Under the pieces are notes generated by a model that did not search any database, was not told the origin of the DNA, and worked only from the letters and a program-made list of their open reading frames with translations. 64,000 nt of DNA, from assembly GCF_032191835.1 (NCBI RefSeq), contig NC_083229.1, forward strand, positions 88,288,001-88,352,000, written 5' to 3'. Both the position numbers and the translations under genes were made by a program. The number at the start of each line of letters is the position of its first letter. The first letter of the stretch is position 1. The stretch is from Heteronotia binoei. Taxonomy: Eukaryota. Below, in pieces: positions 11,696 to 23,621 of this stretch.

Positions 11696-12848
11696 CTGTA
11701 GCCAGGATTCCAAGTTTGGTATGAGCACATAACAGGATTTTTTTGTTTGGAGGGCCAGATGGCCCCAGTCAGGCTCTCGGCAGTGCAGGCAGGAGTTCCC
11801 TTCCCCATGCCCTCTTTTTATTCATCCAACAAAACTGGTGCCCTCACAGCGTTGCCAGCCTCTAGGTTCAGCCTGAAGGCCCCCCCCCAACTCCAATTTC
11901 CAGCAATTTGTCAAGAGTTGGAAAGCCTATGGCAACCCTGGCTGGGAATGATCCCAGCCTTCCTTCATTCCAAGATCTCAGATCTGATCCCTTGACACCT
12001 TACTGTTGTGGGCTACCAGGATAAGCCTATAACACTTACTTCTAAGGAAACCTTCCTGGTATCCAACTGCACAGCTTTTGCCTGCTGCTGCTTCTTCCCA
12101 ATCCACCTTCACCATGCAAGCAAGCCCCTCCCCCTCCCCAGGAAAAGTGCATCTCCTCTTCTCCCCTCACCTTCTTGCTTAGCCTCTCTAACAAGCAGCT
12201 CAGTGATTTTAACTCTTTCAGAGCATGGAATCCAGGAAAGGAGGATCAATTTGAAAATACCCCCCCCCCAGTTCAAGTGCTTACTCTGTCCCCAGCAATA
12301 GACTCTCCACAGCTGGCCAGTGATGTGGCAAGCAAGAGGCAGGGGCGGGGGAAATAAAATGCCTTTGGACCTGCAAAGAAGCTTCAAAGAGTACCTGACA
12401 GCAATGAGAGCTTGCAAGAGAGGGCTGGCACCAGTGCTGGTGACAAGGAAAATGAGAAGTTGTGAATGTGTAATTCAGGGTAGTGGTATAAGTGGTGGGG
12501 GCAAGTCCTTGTGCTCATGTTCGAATGGAGGGGCTGGGACCTTGGGACCAACATAATAGCTATAGGCCCACACTGCTCGCTGTTTCAGATATCTGTGCCT
12601 TTTGACTGGCAGTTCTTTGTGAGCAAGGATGCTGTTGGGTGGGAAAGAAACATATGAATGACCATACTTGCAATATATTCCCATACACACACACCCCTTG
12701 GCTCTGGTCATAACAAAGAACACTACTGACTGTATGTGTGTAAGTAGGCCACAGAATAGTGTCTTTTCAATAATAATAAATTCCAAAATTTGAGCCAAAA
12801 TTCACATTTGCACAACACATTGGCTTAGATCCTAAGCAGCACAAGAAG

Positions 12849-12919
12849 AACCCAGAGGAAGGAATTCCTACAACCCAGAGGAAGGAATTCCTATAACCCA
12901 GAGGAAGGAATTCCTACAA
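12849..12919. repeat. 23-bp tandem repeat x3
   Basis: aacccagaggaaggaattccta(c/t) occurs three times. Confidence 0.95.
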
Positions 12920-13309
12920 GCAGGTAGCTCAGGAGCAGAACTATGTATTCTTCTTACCCCTTGTTCACTGTATATGTATGTTACAGTAAGCAACAGACAA
13001 GTAAAGGTGCAAACAACCACCTCTATGTTTTTCACTATGCATATTCCCCCAACCTCATGCATGAGTTCTTGTTTGCCACAAACAGTTAAGTCAAAATACA
13101 GAATATGATTCAAATACATGTCGAGCCCCCATGTGGAGCAACTTCCCCTAAACCAGGATGGATAGCATGCAAAATCTTAATTTTGATGAAGCACAAGAAC
13201 TTGCAGAAGATCTCCAGTTCTCACCAAAAACAAAACAGAAGTACCTGAAACACCGGAAATTGATCTTGAAGTACTTGCTTGAATGAACATGGCTCAAGAT
13301 GCCTTTATG

Positions 13310-13510
13310 TAGAGTTGCCAGCTCAAGGTGGGAAATACTTAGAGATTCTGTGGGTGGAGTCTGAGAAAGGCAGTGTTTGGAAAGGGGAAGCACATCAATA
13401 GGGGTATAATGCCATAGAGTCCACTTTCCAAAGTGGCCATTTTCTCCTCTATTGCCCAGAGATCACTTGTAATACCAGGAGAGCTCCAGCCACTAAACTG
13501 GAGGCAGGCC
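13310..13510. mobile_element. Degraded hAT MITE fragment (TAGGGTTGCC family)
   Basis: Begins gagttgccagctc..ggaaatac..gagatt, similar to the copy at 63736. Confidence 0.45.
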
Positions 13511-16220
13511 TGAGAGGGGGGTGGTCCAGTCCCTCCAATCAAACCTCCGTGTAACCTTTCTGGTCCCACCAATCAGTCCCCCGCCACTTGCCGCTGCTCT
13601 GTTCAAGAAGTGCCTGCTGTCACCATCGTTGCTCCTTTCTCTCTCCTCTCTCCATTACCATCCAGCCTGATAAAAAGTGCAGAAGATGAAAGCTCTTGCA
13701 TAATTTTGTGACGATTAAAGGGATAATGTGGCATTTTTAAGGGGATTCCACAAGATATTTTGAGAATTGGCACTGAGAGCCTTGCCCCCCCCCCTTTAAA
13801 CAAAAAATCCTGCTTGTAGACCCACCAAATTTGAAATCATGGCTACGGCCCTGACTGCAGGTTGGCAATCCTCCTTCACCAAGTTCTAAAAGGAAAAAGG
13901 AAGTAAATGTTGTTCAAATATTCTATATAACCACAGCTACAAAACATGTCAAGACACAACAGTGCCCCTGGCAGATACAGTCCTTTTAGGTTGGGTAATA
14001 ATAACTGTCTCTGACAGTAACTTGCTGAAGTAAACAGCCATTTTAAGCAGCTCTAATAGCAAAAAGAAATAATAATTTCAAAACAGTTTATTTTAAGACT
14101 TTAAAAAAAAATCTTCTCACCCCAATACTTAAATATGCATTGAAGCTTATAAAATGAAGCCAAAAGTGACAAAACGAAAGCATGCTTTGCTAAGACAAAA
14201 AAGCCTTAGTTTCAGTAGTATCCAAAATAAACTTTTGACTCGGCGCAACATTCTTCTACAAAATAAACTCAAGTCTTTTGCCAGCAATAACCTATATACT
14301 GATGTGGTATTAAAAGAAACTTGGACGCTTGAGCTGGGAGACAAACTGTCAACCAACCACTAATTGGATTTTATGATGTGACTCACAGTTTAGCAATTTC
14401 CCAGAATTTAATCACAGTGCACCCAAAAAGATCAATTAAAGAACAGTCTCAGAATTTGTTAGAGCCTTGTGTGGAATGGGGCAAAATGATGATCTCAGAA
14501 AGTTCACCACAAAATTTTATGAATGAACAAAGAAAGGATTTCTAAAAAGGAAAGATTCATCTTGGTCACCTTTTTTGGTTTTTTGAACAGCAAAAATGTT
14601 TTTAAATTGCACTTATGCATTCAAAGAGGAATACATTGGTTGCTCCTGTTTTAAAACACTTTTCTACACACCAGGATTAACATGAAAATTTCCAAAGCTT
14701 TCATTCATCCAGTGAGAACTGAGGCATATGAAACAAGTTCCTTTACATTCAAGGATGCACTGTAAGCATTCAAGACTTCACTAGATAACCCCAAATGGAT
14801 TTTCTCACCCAAATTACTTACCCACTACTGGGGCATCCAACAGCATCAGCTAACAGGTAGAGCTAGGAAAAGTTTTGGTGAGTTTATTTATTATCATTTC
14901 AGCACACCAAGAATGCAAAGTGGGTAACACATCCAAGAAGCTGCTTAGCTTCAGAAGTATATAATTTTCAAAGCCATGCTCTTATAATAATTTAGTTAAA
15001 ATATTAATACTTCTGTCTTTTCCCTGACCAATTCAGGACCCAATTATGACTAATTAGTCTCACAATTCTTGACACTTTATAAAAATATAAAAAAAACGGA
15101 GATGCCAAATTGTACATGAAAATACAAGCTGCATTAGCCCATAATGCTTACCTTCAAATGTTAAGGTGAGCATTACAATCCTGAATTCTTCTCTTGTTCA
15201 GCTAGCCAGTCAACTATGCATATGGAGTCTCTTTACCTGGTCTTTTCGGGTACTGAAGTGCACACTGGGACATGTAGCCCACATGGCATATGAATGGACT
15301 ACATTTTCCAGGGCGCACTATGCGATAACAAACAGCATTTGAAGATTTGGGGAAGGAGAGAGAAGTATTTGGTCCATCTGGCTAAACAGCCCATCAGTTG
15401 GCTAGACAGCCTGCAAACAACACTTAGTGTGGCTTGGCTGTCTGGAAACTAACAGGGAAGACACACCTAAATAGATTAGAGAACTAAATAGATTAGAAAA
15501 CTAAAAGAGATGGGGAAAATATTTCAGTTTTTCATTGTTGCCTGTGAATAGATGGATCCTTTCTTATTTTAGTCTAAGGGGGCTGTTAATTTCTGTATCA
15601 AATTATCTCAACCTATGGAAATAGAGCCATTTAAATAGAACCTACCTTTACCTTATTAGTTTTTTTTTCGTTAGTCACACTAACAGTGCAATTCTAAACA
15701 AACTCAATATCCTTTAACACTCTTGAAGTCCATGGGCCTGGAAGGGTATAACTGAACTTAGGGGTACACTACTGTTACAATGATGCACCCTTGTTACAAT
15801 GATTCTTGAATTATTTGTAACATCTGTCAAGCATGCATATTTCTAAGCACAATGGTGGGTTCTTAAACAGAAAGGAGACTGTTAGTATCCCTCTCCTCCC
15901 TCACTTTCTTTCGAAAGGTTGGGCAAACAGTAATTCCATCTAGCCCAAGGATGTTCTCGCTGCAGCCGGGCTGTGAGGTGCCTCTCCCCCACATTCACAC
16001 AGACAGCTCTTATCAAGTCTGGAAGAAGTGTGAGAAATGGAGATGTTTTTAATAATCTATATTCCTTAGTAGTAAACTAGATACTATGTACCAACCTTTG
16101 AACCCGTGACTCAAAAAGCATCAAAAAAGTATGTTATCCTTTGAACTAATCCTATATAGTAACAGTATAATCATGTATATGTCATTACTTCCAAGGATTC
16201 TGTCCTTGGTAAAGCTTCAG

Positions 16221-16643
16221 TGTCAGAACTTGTAATTGGCGAACCTTATGATGGTTGTGCCTGCTTAGCCTAACTGAATCCATATTGTAACTGTTGAGAA
16301 ATAGCCAGCTTTGTATCTAGCGTAGTGCCCAAATGCTTTGCATTCCAATCGAACTGTGACCACTGGAGGGTGACAGGGAGTCCTTGGGAAACATCTGCCA
16401 GTACCCTTTGAAGCTCTGCCTCCCCCTCGCCGCTCCCGACGATAAGGAGCCTTGAAAACAGAACAGGGCCTCCTGAAGGGTGGGAACCAGTTTGTTATTG
16501 TAACTAGCCTAGCTTAAAGAATCTAACCGCTGCTGAACTTGTTATTAGAATCAACTCGTCTTCTACCTGAACACAGTTCTCAATAAACGCTTAGACTTTA
16601 ACCAGAGTTATGAGCCTCGTTTGACGTTCTTCAAGTTCTGACA
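16221..16643 (+). repeat. 5' LTR (423 bp)
   Basis: 12-bp terminal IR tgtcagaacttg/caagttctgaca; AATAAA near 16582; one difference from the 3' LTR (G16529 vs A20017). Confidence 0.97.
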
Positions 16644-16645
16644 TT

Positions 16646-16656
16646 TTGATTCTAAT
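16646..16656 (+). promoter_or_regulatory. Self-priming primer-binding site (Tf1/sushi type)
   Basis: TTGATTCTAAT is the exact reverse complement of ATTAGAATCAA at 16544-16554 in the LTR; there is no TGG-type tRNA PBS. Confidence 0.8.
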
Positions 16657-16692
16657 CCTTTGGAGCTTATCCGAGCTGGGAACTTTGGCTAG

Positions 16693-19535
16693 ATGGCTGA
16701 AAGGGCGCCAGATAACGGAGAGCCCACCAACGAAACGATGTAAGAAGGAGGACGGCCCCGACCGAGCGACGGGACGAGACCGTGGCCGGATGAGGCGGAC
16801 CTCTGGGCCTTGATGGAGGAGATCCAGGCCAGCCATGTCCAGATCACCCGGGAAATCCGGGAACAGCTGGACGCGATCCGGAGGCAGACCGGAGCCCGGC
16901 AGGGAGACCTCCGAGGGGGACCGCGGGGCGCGCCGGTCCCGCTACCCCCGCCGGTGCCGCCACCACCGCCCGGTCCACCACCAGCGCCGGCCGCCCCGGT
17001 GAGAGCGGATGGGGGGGGACCCGAGAATTGAAAATCACGTTCGATGGAGATGGAGACGAAGTGGAATACTTCACCATCCAGTGCAACAATTTCTTCACGC
17101 ACTGGGGAACAAGCTACCCCACGGAGGCGAGTCGGGTGGACCACATCGCTTCCAGGTTGAAGGGGGCCGCGCGGAAATGGTACGTGGGGTTGTACGCCGG
17201 GCGCAAACCCGAGTTAGCCACGGTGGCCGACTTCCTCCAAGCCATGTTGCGCCAGTACGGGGACCCCCTACGAGAGGAGAAAGCCATCGTGGCCCTGCAG
17301 AGAATCGAGCAAGGGAACCGCACAACCCGCGAATACGCCACCGAGTTTATGGGGCACTGCACGGCAGCGAGAGGATGGAACGAGGTGATGAAGTACACGG
17401 CGTTCAAAAACGGGCTGAACGCGAACATCCTCGACCGGTGCTACAGCCAAGGGCGACCCGACACCTTGGTGGGATGGATCCAGCTGGCGGGAGAAGTGGA
17501 GACCAACTTGCAGCATGTCAAGATGCGCCACCAGCAACAACTGGCCAAGAAAGGGGGAAAGTCGGGCCTCGCCGCCGGCAAGACCGAAGGAAAGCGGTCC
17601 CCCATGACCTCCACCCCCGCTGCAGCCAGCAGGAAGTGCATCAGGTGCGGCGACCCCGGGCACCTGGCCGCCAACCACCCCGTGAAGCAGACACCGACTT
17701 CACTACTCTCCCAACCGTTAACCAGACAGAAATTTCCAAATCTATCAATTCTCTCCTATCCCACTCGGGGGAAAAAATTTTCACCCTTTTGGAGCGCATG
17801 TATCTAATTAAATAATTAATTCTACCTAAGATTGTGTTCTATTTACAGGCGGTCCCTCTGTGTGTTCCAGCCTCTCTGCTGCATAAATGGCAATCCCAAA
17901 TAAATGAATTTGTGTGGCAGCATCGGAAGCCAAGGCTCAATTTTGCCTCAAGTAGACGGCCTATTTCGCTGGGTGGATTAGCTTTCCCAGATATTTCAAA
18001 CTACCATGATGCTATTATCCTCACTAATTTGGTGAAATATTATAGGTCCTCCTACGTGGCGGACTGGAAGTCGATTGAGGATTTTTATCTCAGGGCCCCC
18101 TCTTTCCAGGAGGAACTCTGTGTGTGTCTAAGCGCGTCAAAACTTCTTCTTCTCCGAACCCTTTTTTGGCCTCCATGCTGCAGGTTTGGTGTAAACACTG
18201 TAATAAGTTAGCTCCCCCGACCTCCTCCTTAACCACTTTTGTTAGACAGCCCTGGTTCGCTCCGGCGCTGAGTAAAGACTCGTTTATGCAATGGAAACGT
18301 CTAGGACTGACCCGATTTGCTGATGTTCTTCTTAAGGGGGTACTGAAAGATAAAGTGACTCTGGAGGCTGACTCTGACCTCCGACTACCCTGGTTTGAAT
18401 ACCTTCAACTTAAACATTTATTAGATACACATTCCTTCAGTCCCCCTCTGCGCGTCCACCTTGCTGGCTTTGAAAAGATCCTATTCGGTGATTCAATCCC
18501 GATCAAAGGACTGATCTCAAAAATATATCAATTGCTACTCAGCCCCCTTAATGCAAAGCCGCACTCCTATCAAGGTGCCTGGGCTCGAGATTTGCAGATA
18601 GAACTAACTGAGGAGCAATGGCGAGCCATCTGGGGTTCTTCCATATATAAAACGAAAGCAATGAATGTCCAACTTCAAGCTCTTAAAGTCCTCACACGAT
18701 GGTACCGGACCCCAGTGCAGCTAGCGCACTCGTCTTCCATCTCACCCCTCTGTTTCAAGAACTGTGGACAGAGGGGTACTTTTCTCCACTCCTGGTGGCA
18801 TTGCCCAATCATAAATAGCTTTTGGAGACAAATCTATCAAGAAGTACAAGAACTCACATCATACTCTCTCCTCCATTTACGCCCAAATTTGCCCTTTTAA
18901 ATCTTCTAGATAACTCAAATATCCCCGAATTTGCAGAGGAATTGATCTCGCTCATGTTTGTGGCTGCTAAATTTGCAATAGCTCTAGTTTGGAAACAACA
19001 CTCTCCCCCCTCACGACAAACTTGGTGGTTAAAATTGTGGGATTATTTTGCACTGGATAAGCTCACTTATGACTTAGGCCCTCATCGTTCCCAACAAACT
19101 GCTTCCTCGAATTTTATAGAAAAATGGCGAACCTTCATTGATAAAGATTATGATGATAATAGAATCCCCAATGCCTCATACCACGCTATATTGATGTCCT
19201 GTCAATTACTTTCGTAACTGCACTCTGTAATGTTTCATGGTGTCATGTTTTGATATTTGATGCATACTCATGGTTTTCGTTTGTTATATCTGTATCGCAC
19301 TTCTTAACTCAATAAAGCATTCCAAATGGTAAAAAAAAAAAAAGCAGACACCGACCCCCACCCAGGCCAAGCCGTCCACGGGCACCCCGGAGAAAGGGGG
19401 GGCCGCGCCAAGGAGCCCAGTCGGGGCACCGTCGCCACTTCCATGGCGATTGACGAGGATGTTACCACCATTGAGGAGTCGGGCGAGGGGTCCCGGGACC
19501 CAGAGCCGGCGGGAAACGACAACGACCTGCTTTAA
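16693..19535 (+). pseudogene. Gypsy gag, about 395 aa when reconstructed; disrupted by TAA at 16741, two G-run frameshifts and the L1 insertion
   Basis: Retrotransposon capsid motifs (FDG..EYF..QC, LKGAARKWY, IEQGNRTTREYATEF, FKNGLN), knuckle CIRCGDPGHLAANH and C-terminus ..EPAGNDNDLL*. Confidence 0.9.
17699..19341 (+). mobile_element. L1-clade LINE, 5'-truncated 1643-bp insertion in gag
   Basis: ORF2 C-terminus (ILPKIVFYLQAVP, SLGGLAFPD, CFKNCGQRGTFLHSWWHCP), AATAAA at 19311, poly(A), 14-bp TSD aagcagacaccgac (17685-17698 / 19342-19355). Confidence 0.95.
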
Positions 19536-19572
19536 CCGGTGCCGCAAAGCAGGTCCGGGAGACGCCGGCACC
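19511..19572 (+). promoter_or_regulatory. -1 ribosomal frameshift signal: G GGA AAC slippery site plus H-type pseudoknot
   Basis: Heptamer 19511-19517 in the correct gag phase; 6-nt spacer; S1 19524-19533/19546-19555 (10 bp); S2 19538-19544/19566-19572 (7 bp). Confidence 0.85.
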
Positions 19573-19583
19573 AGTAACGGTAG

Positions 19584-19697
19584 AAACACTTTCCCCCTAG
19601 TTGCGATGAATGGGTCAAAGCCAGTGATGTGTCTGCCCCACAACTGCTTAAAAAATTCCACCTACTGTATCCACACAAGCCCCGGGCGAGGGCCTAG
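19584..19697 (+). pseudogene. C-terminal remnant of the integrase chromodomain
   Basis: (W>*)KHFPPSCDEWVKASDVSAPQLLKKFHLLYPHKP* fits the chromoviral W..AENV.AP.LV..FH..YP.KP tail directly before the PPT. Confidence 0.75.
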
Positions 19698-19703
19698 GGG
19701 GGG
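19696..19703 (+). promoter_or_regulatory. Polypurine tract
   Basis: AGGGGGGG, 5 nt upstream of the 3' LTR. Confidence 0.8.
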
Positions 19704-19708
19704 CAGTA

Positions 19709-20131
19709 TGTCAGAACTTGTAATTGGCGAACCTTATGATGGTTGTGCCTGCTTAGCCTAACTGAATCCATATTGTAACTGTTGAGAAATAGCCAGCTTT
19801 GTATCTAGCGTAGTGCCCAAATGCTTTGCATTCCAATCGAACTGTGACCACTGGAGGGTGACAGGGAGTCCTTGGGAAACATCTGCCAGTACCCTTTGAA
19901 GCTCTGCCTCCCCCTCGCCGCTCCCGACGATAAGGAGCCTTGAAAACAGAACAGGGCCTCCTGAAGGGTGGGAACCAGTTTGTTATTGTAACTAGCCTAG
20001 CTTAAAGAATCTAACCACTGCTGAACTTGTTATTAGAATCAACTCGTCTTCTACCTGAACACAGTTCTCAATAAACGCTTAGACTTTAACCAGAGTTATG
20101 AGCCTCGTTTGACGTTCTTCAAGTTCTGACA
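19709..20131 (+). repeat. 3' LTR (423 bp)
   Basis: 422/423 identical to the 5' LTR; followed by the TSD TTCAG. Confidence 0.97.
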
Positions 20132-23100
20132 TTCAGAGTTTCTACAATAAAGCAACTTTTGATTTCACAACAAAAGACTGATTATTGAGAAATATCGATG
20201 CTTGACAACATCTACCAACTTCAGGGATGTCACTAGAAAAGAAAACCATTGCATTGATTCAGGAAAAATCAAGGTCAAATAAAATACTTTATACCTACTC
20301 AAAACACTTGTGAATATAGCCCAGGATTGCTACTCTACCTAGAAATCACTGGTGTGTAGAAGTCTTTCCCATCCTTCTTGTTCCTCTGAAAAACATGAGA
20401 ATATACATGGGTAGCGCAAGGCCACTGAAGATTTCTATGTTTACAATAGCTCCGCACAGCCAATTCTTCTATGCTAATGCATATTATATATATAAAGCTG
20501 TATGGAGACAGGAGAGGTGTGTACAGGCTTTCCATAACCTGAATGGCCAGTTATGCTGCTTACAGGCACATCTGTGAGCAGAGAAAAGCAAACGTAGTGT
20601 TCTTGGAAGCACTATTATTGAACCACGGCATGGCAGTACTGTATATGAAATGAGACCAAGTTGAGTAAATTAGGTGCCCAGTTTAGAATATAAGCATATA
20701 ATAAACTGTTGTTGTCTTGTACTGCCATCAATGAACCTAGAAAACAGCGCTTTTTAACAAAAGAAAGCAGAGGCAGGAACAAAAGAAAAAATGGGAAAGA
20801 TATGCTAGAATGGTTGCAGATTACAGTTTGTTAATGTTCTCCACTCAACCTTTTAATTCATTTGCATTGCTCTTTATGTATGCTATGATGGTTCATCTGT
20901 CAACTGGCACAGTGCCAAAGATCAAAGAACCAATTTGTTAAATAAACACCTTATTGATGGATTAATGCAGTCTTGCAAACAGTGACTCACACATGTAATA
21001 GTATTAAGACTGGCTTGTTTACACATTTTGTCTGAGAAGCATTATAACGGGATCATTGGGAACAGGCTTAATTTTTTTTTATTTTAATCCACAAAGAATA
21101 ATTTCCACATATATTATGATGGAAATACTTTGTAAATGAAACAACTGAGTCTATTAGGGTCTCATACTGAAAAAAATACTTCTCAAACTCATCCTCTTGC
21201 TTAATTATCAGAGTCTGCATGGCCTTTAAAAGCTCTCTGGATGGACTACATACTAAATATTTTATAGACAACATCTGGTTTGATGACAGCCCATTTACCA
21301 GTGTTCAAATGAAAAGACATAAATCAGCACTTCACAGCTAACTCCCGGGCTCTCACATGCACACAGGCAAACAAAATAAGGCAGCTTGCTGAACTCTTGA
21401 CATTTCACAAGCAGCAAGTGAAGAGAGACAAGGCAGGAGAAAGAGCTGGCAGCAGTATTGAGGAGGAGGAAATAAAGGAGAAGCTCCTGTCAACTGGAAG
21501 CAATTTCAGAAGATTCTTGAGGCAGGGGTATCTGCTGCTAGGTCACTAGTCTAACTAGCCAACCCACTATGCTTATATAAATCTACATATACTGATTCAG
21601 GTATCAGCCAAAGGAGTGACAGCTGTCTTTTTAGCACACATTTGACCAGACACTTATACTGCAATAATCCTGCTCAAATGTATGGCAGTTGTGTGGGTGC
21701 TACTAAACTAAACCCACTAAACTAAAAGGGATCCATCTGAGAAACGTTCTGACTTAATTGTGTCTTCAATTACCTTTAATTGTCTTTCCCATTAATATTC
21801 ATAATGATTTTAAACAAGATCTAAAAGAAATCTTAACATTCTAAATATATAATGCAGAGACTGATGTATGCCACTCTGAGCTTTTGGGAGAAAAAGCAGA
21901 AAACAAATGGATCACAGAGTTTTGGCCAAAAAGCAGAGCGTTGCCCCCAATGTCTGACAATGTCACTTCTGGGTGACATCAGCACATTGCAGGGCTACAA
22001 CTCCCCCAAAATCCCCACATCAGCACAACGAAAGGACCTGGCAATCTTAGCTTTGTCCAATGCATGCTAGACGTTTGTGCAGTGAAACAAATGTTGACAA
22101 GCTATGATACTATGATGAGCTATGATGGCGTAGTCCTAAGGCTTGCCTTTTAGCCTACATTCCTGATTTGTAGAATAACTGTGACCAACCTCACAGGATG
22201 ATGGGGGGGAGGTAAACAAGGAAATTTAAAAACGCTTCAGCCCATTTAAACTTTCTGTCCTGGAAGAATTTCAAATCAGGCAGCTTTCTCCTCAAAGGAA
22301 GGAAAACACTGCAGATTAACCAGATTGTGCAAAATTTATTCAAATAACATATCTACACCGGACCCACTCCTAGAAAGAAAAGGGCTTAATATAAGATACC
22401 CAGGGAAATGCTATCTTTAGATAAATACAATAAAAGTCAGCTCACATGCCAAAGCAAGTTGACAATTATCACAATAGCATGAAGCCTGAACAGGCATGGT
22501 AGGGGGAGAGGAGAAGACATTGACTAGTCTAAAGAACATAAATGGAGGGCTCATCAGCTCTTTCATCTATTGGCCACTTAACATGCAGAACAAGGTCAAT
22601 ATTGTTTATGACAAAGTACAGAAGAGGTGAGCCCTTCAAGCAAGAAGTAAGCTATGAATAAATATAATCTATTTATTTACTTAAGGAAAGGAAGTTTACC
22701 ACAGCAGACAAATTCCAACTAGTACCAGGCAGACAGTCTTCCAATAGAAAAGAGATTTATGGTGTTGCAAGCAGTGCAATAACAAATGGTGGCATTGTCA
22801 ACCATCAGCCTGCTTACTGGGAGAGTACTGAGCCCTTTTTAAAGAGCTCTTCAGGTATACCCTGGCTAGCTGCATTAATGTCTGCATGGCAAACCCAGAC
22901 TCCACAACATGTTTTTCAGCAGGGCCATATCAACAGCCAAGTAATGGGAAACAGCTGCTATTCTTTTTTCCCGGGGGGGGGGGGGGTGAGAGGAACCTGG
23001 CACAATTACAGCTACAGGAATGTATCTTGCCTTTATGTTGAGCATAATAATAAAAACATACCTAACAATAATGCAGCAGATCCCCCTCCCTATTTTTATG

Positions 23101-23621
23101 ATGAAATAATAAAACATGATTGTTTGAAATGCAATGGTATTTTAAAAGGGGAGGCCCAGCAAAGCATTTTAACAGAAAGCAGATGTATATAGTTCTGTAC
23201 ATGCTACCATTTAATTTTTCCCCAATATCTAAAAGTGTCAAAGAGCACCAATTTGTAGTTCCTTTTTGGATTCACATGCCCCAAGCATACTCTATTACCA
23301 AGTTTTCTCACTGCATGCAATTTACAAATCCTCCCAAAAACCCCAGTTAGTTGAAAGCAGAGTAATAATCTTGCATTCTAACTCATTGGTTAAGAAAAAG
23401 GTAGACTTTCCTATAGTGGCAAATACCACCTGAGCCACAACACAGCTGCTGACATTCTCACAGAAGGGGACCATAGCCCATCTTTCCTTTAAAGAACCAC
23501 AATCCTAGCAAACCCTTACCCACCATACCACCAAAAAGACTGCCTCACTGATATCTCCACATATATGTGTATCTCAAGAGAAAAAATGCACATTGTACAC
23601 TACTGCATTAGCAGCACAACC

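Larger units (their letters stand above)
16221..20131 (+). mobile_element. Ty3/Gypsy chromovirus (Tf1/sushi-type) LTR retrotransposon, gag-only with pol deleted, containing a nested L1
   Basis: Two 423-bp TG..CA LTRs, 5-bp TSD TTCAG (16216-16220 / 20132-20136), Gag with a zinc-knuckle motif, chromodomain tail and PPT; no PR, RT, RH or IN core. Confidence 0.95.

Noticed and set aside
12849-12919. Short direct repeats (also 4109, 39547, 47335, 62005) considered as CRISPR-like
   Set aside because: Head-to-tail duplications without unique spacers in a vertebrate genome; ordinary slippage products.
13158-13286. 42-codon helical-looking ORF MDSMQNLNFDEAQELAEDLQF..
   Set aside because: Short, no recognisable homology and no donor site.
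14147-14363. ORFs of 69 aa open on both strands
   Set aside because: Expected by chance; no motifs or splice signals.
16591-17815. Many overlapping 70-270 aa ORFs on both strands over gag
   Set aside because: Shadow frames of GC-rich gag sequence; only the gag frame has family motifs.
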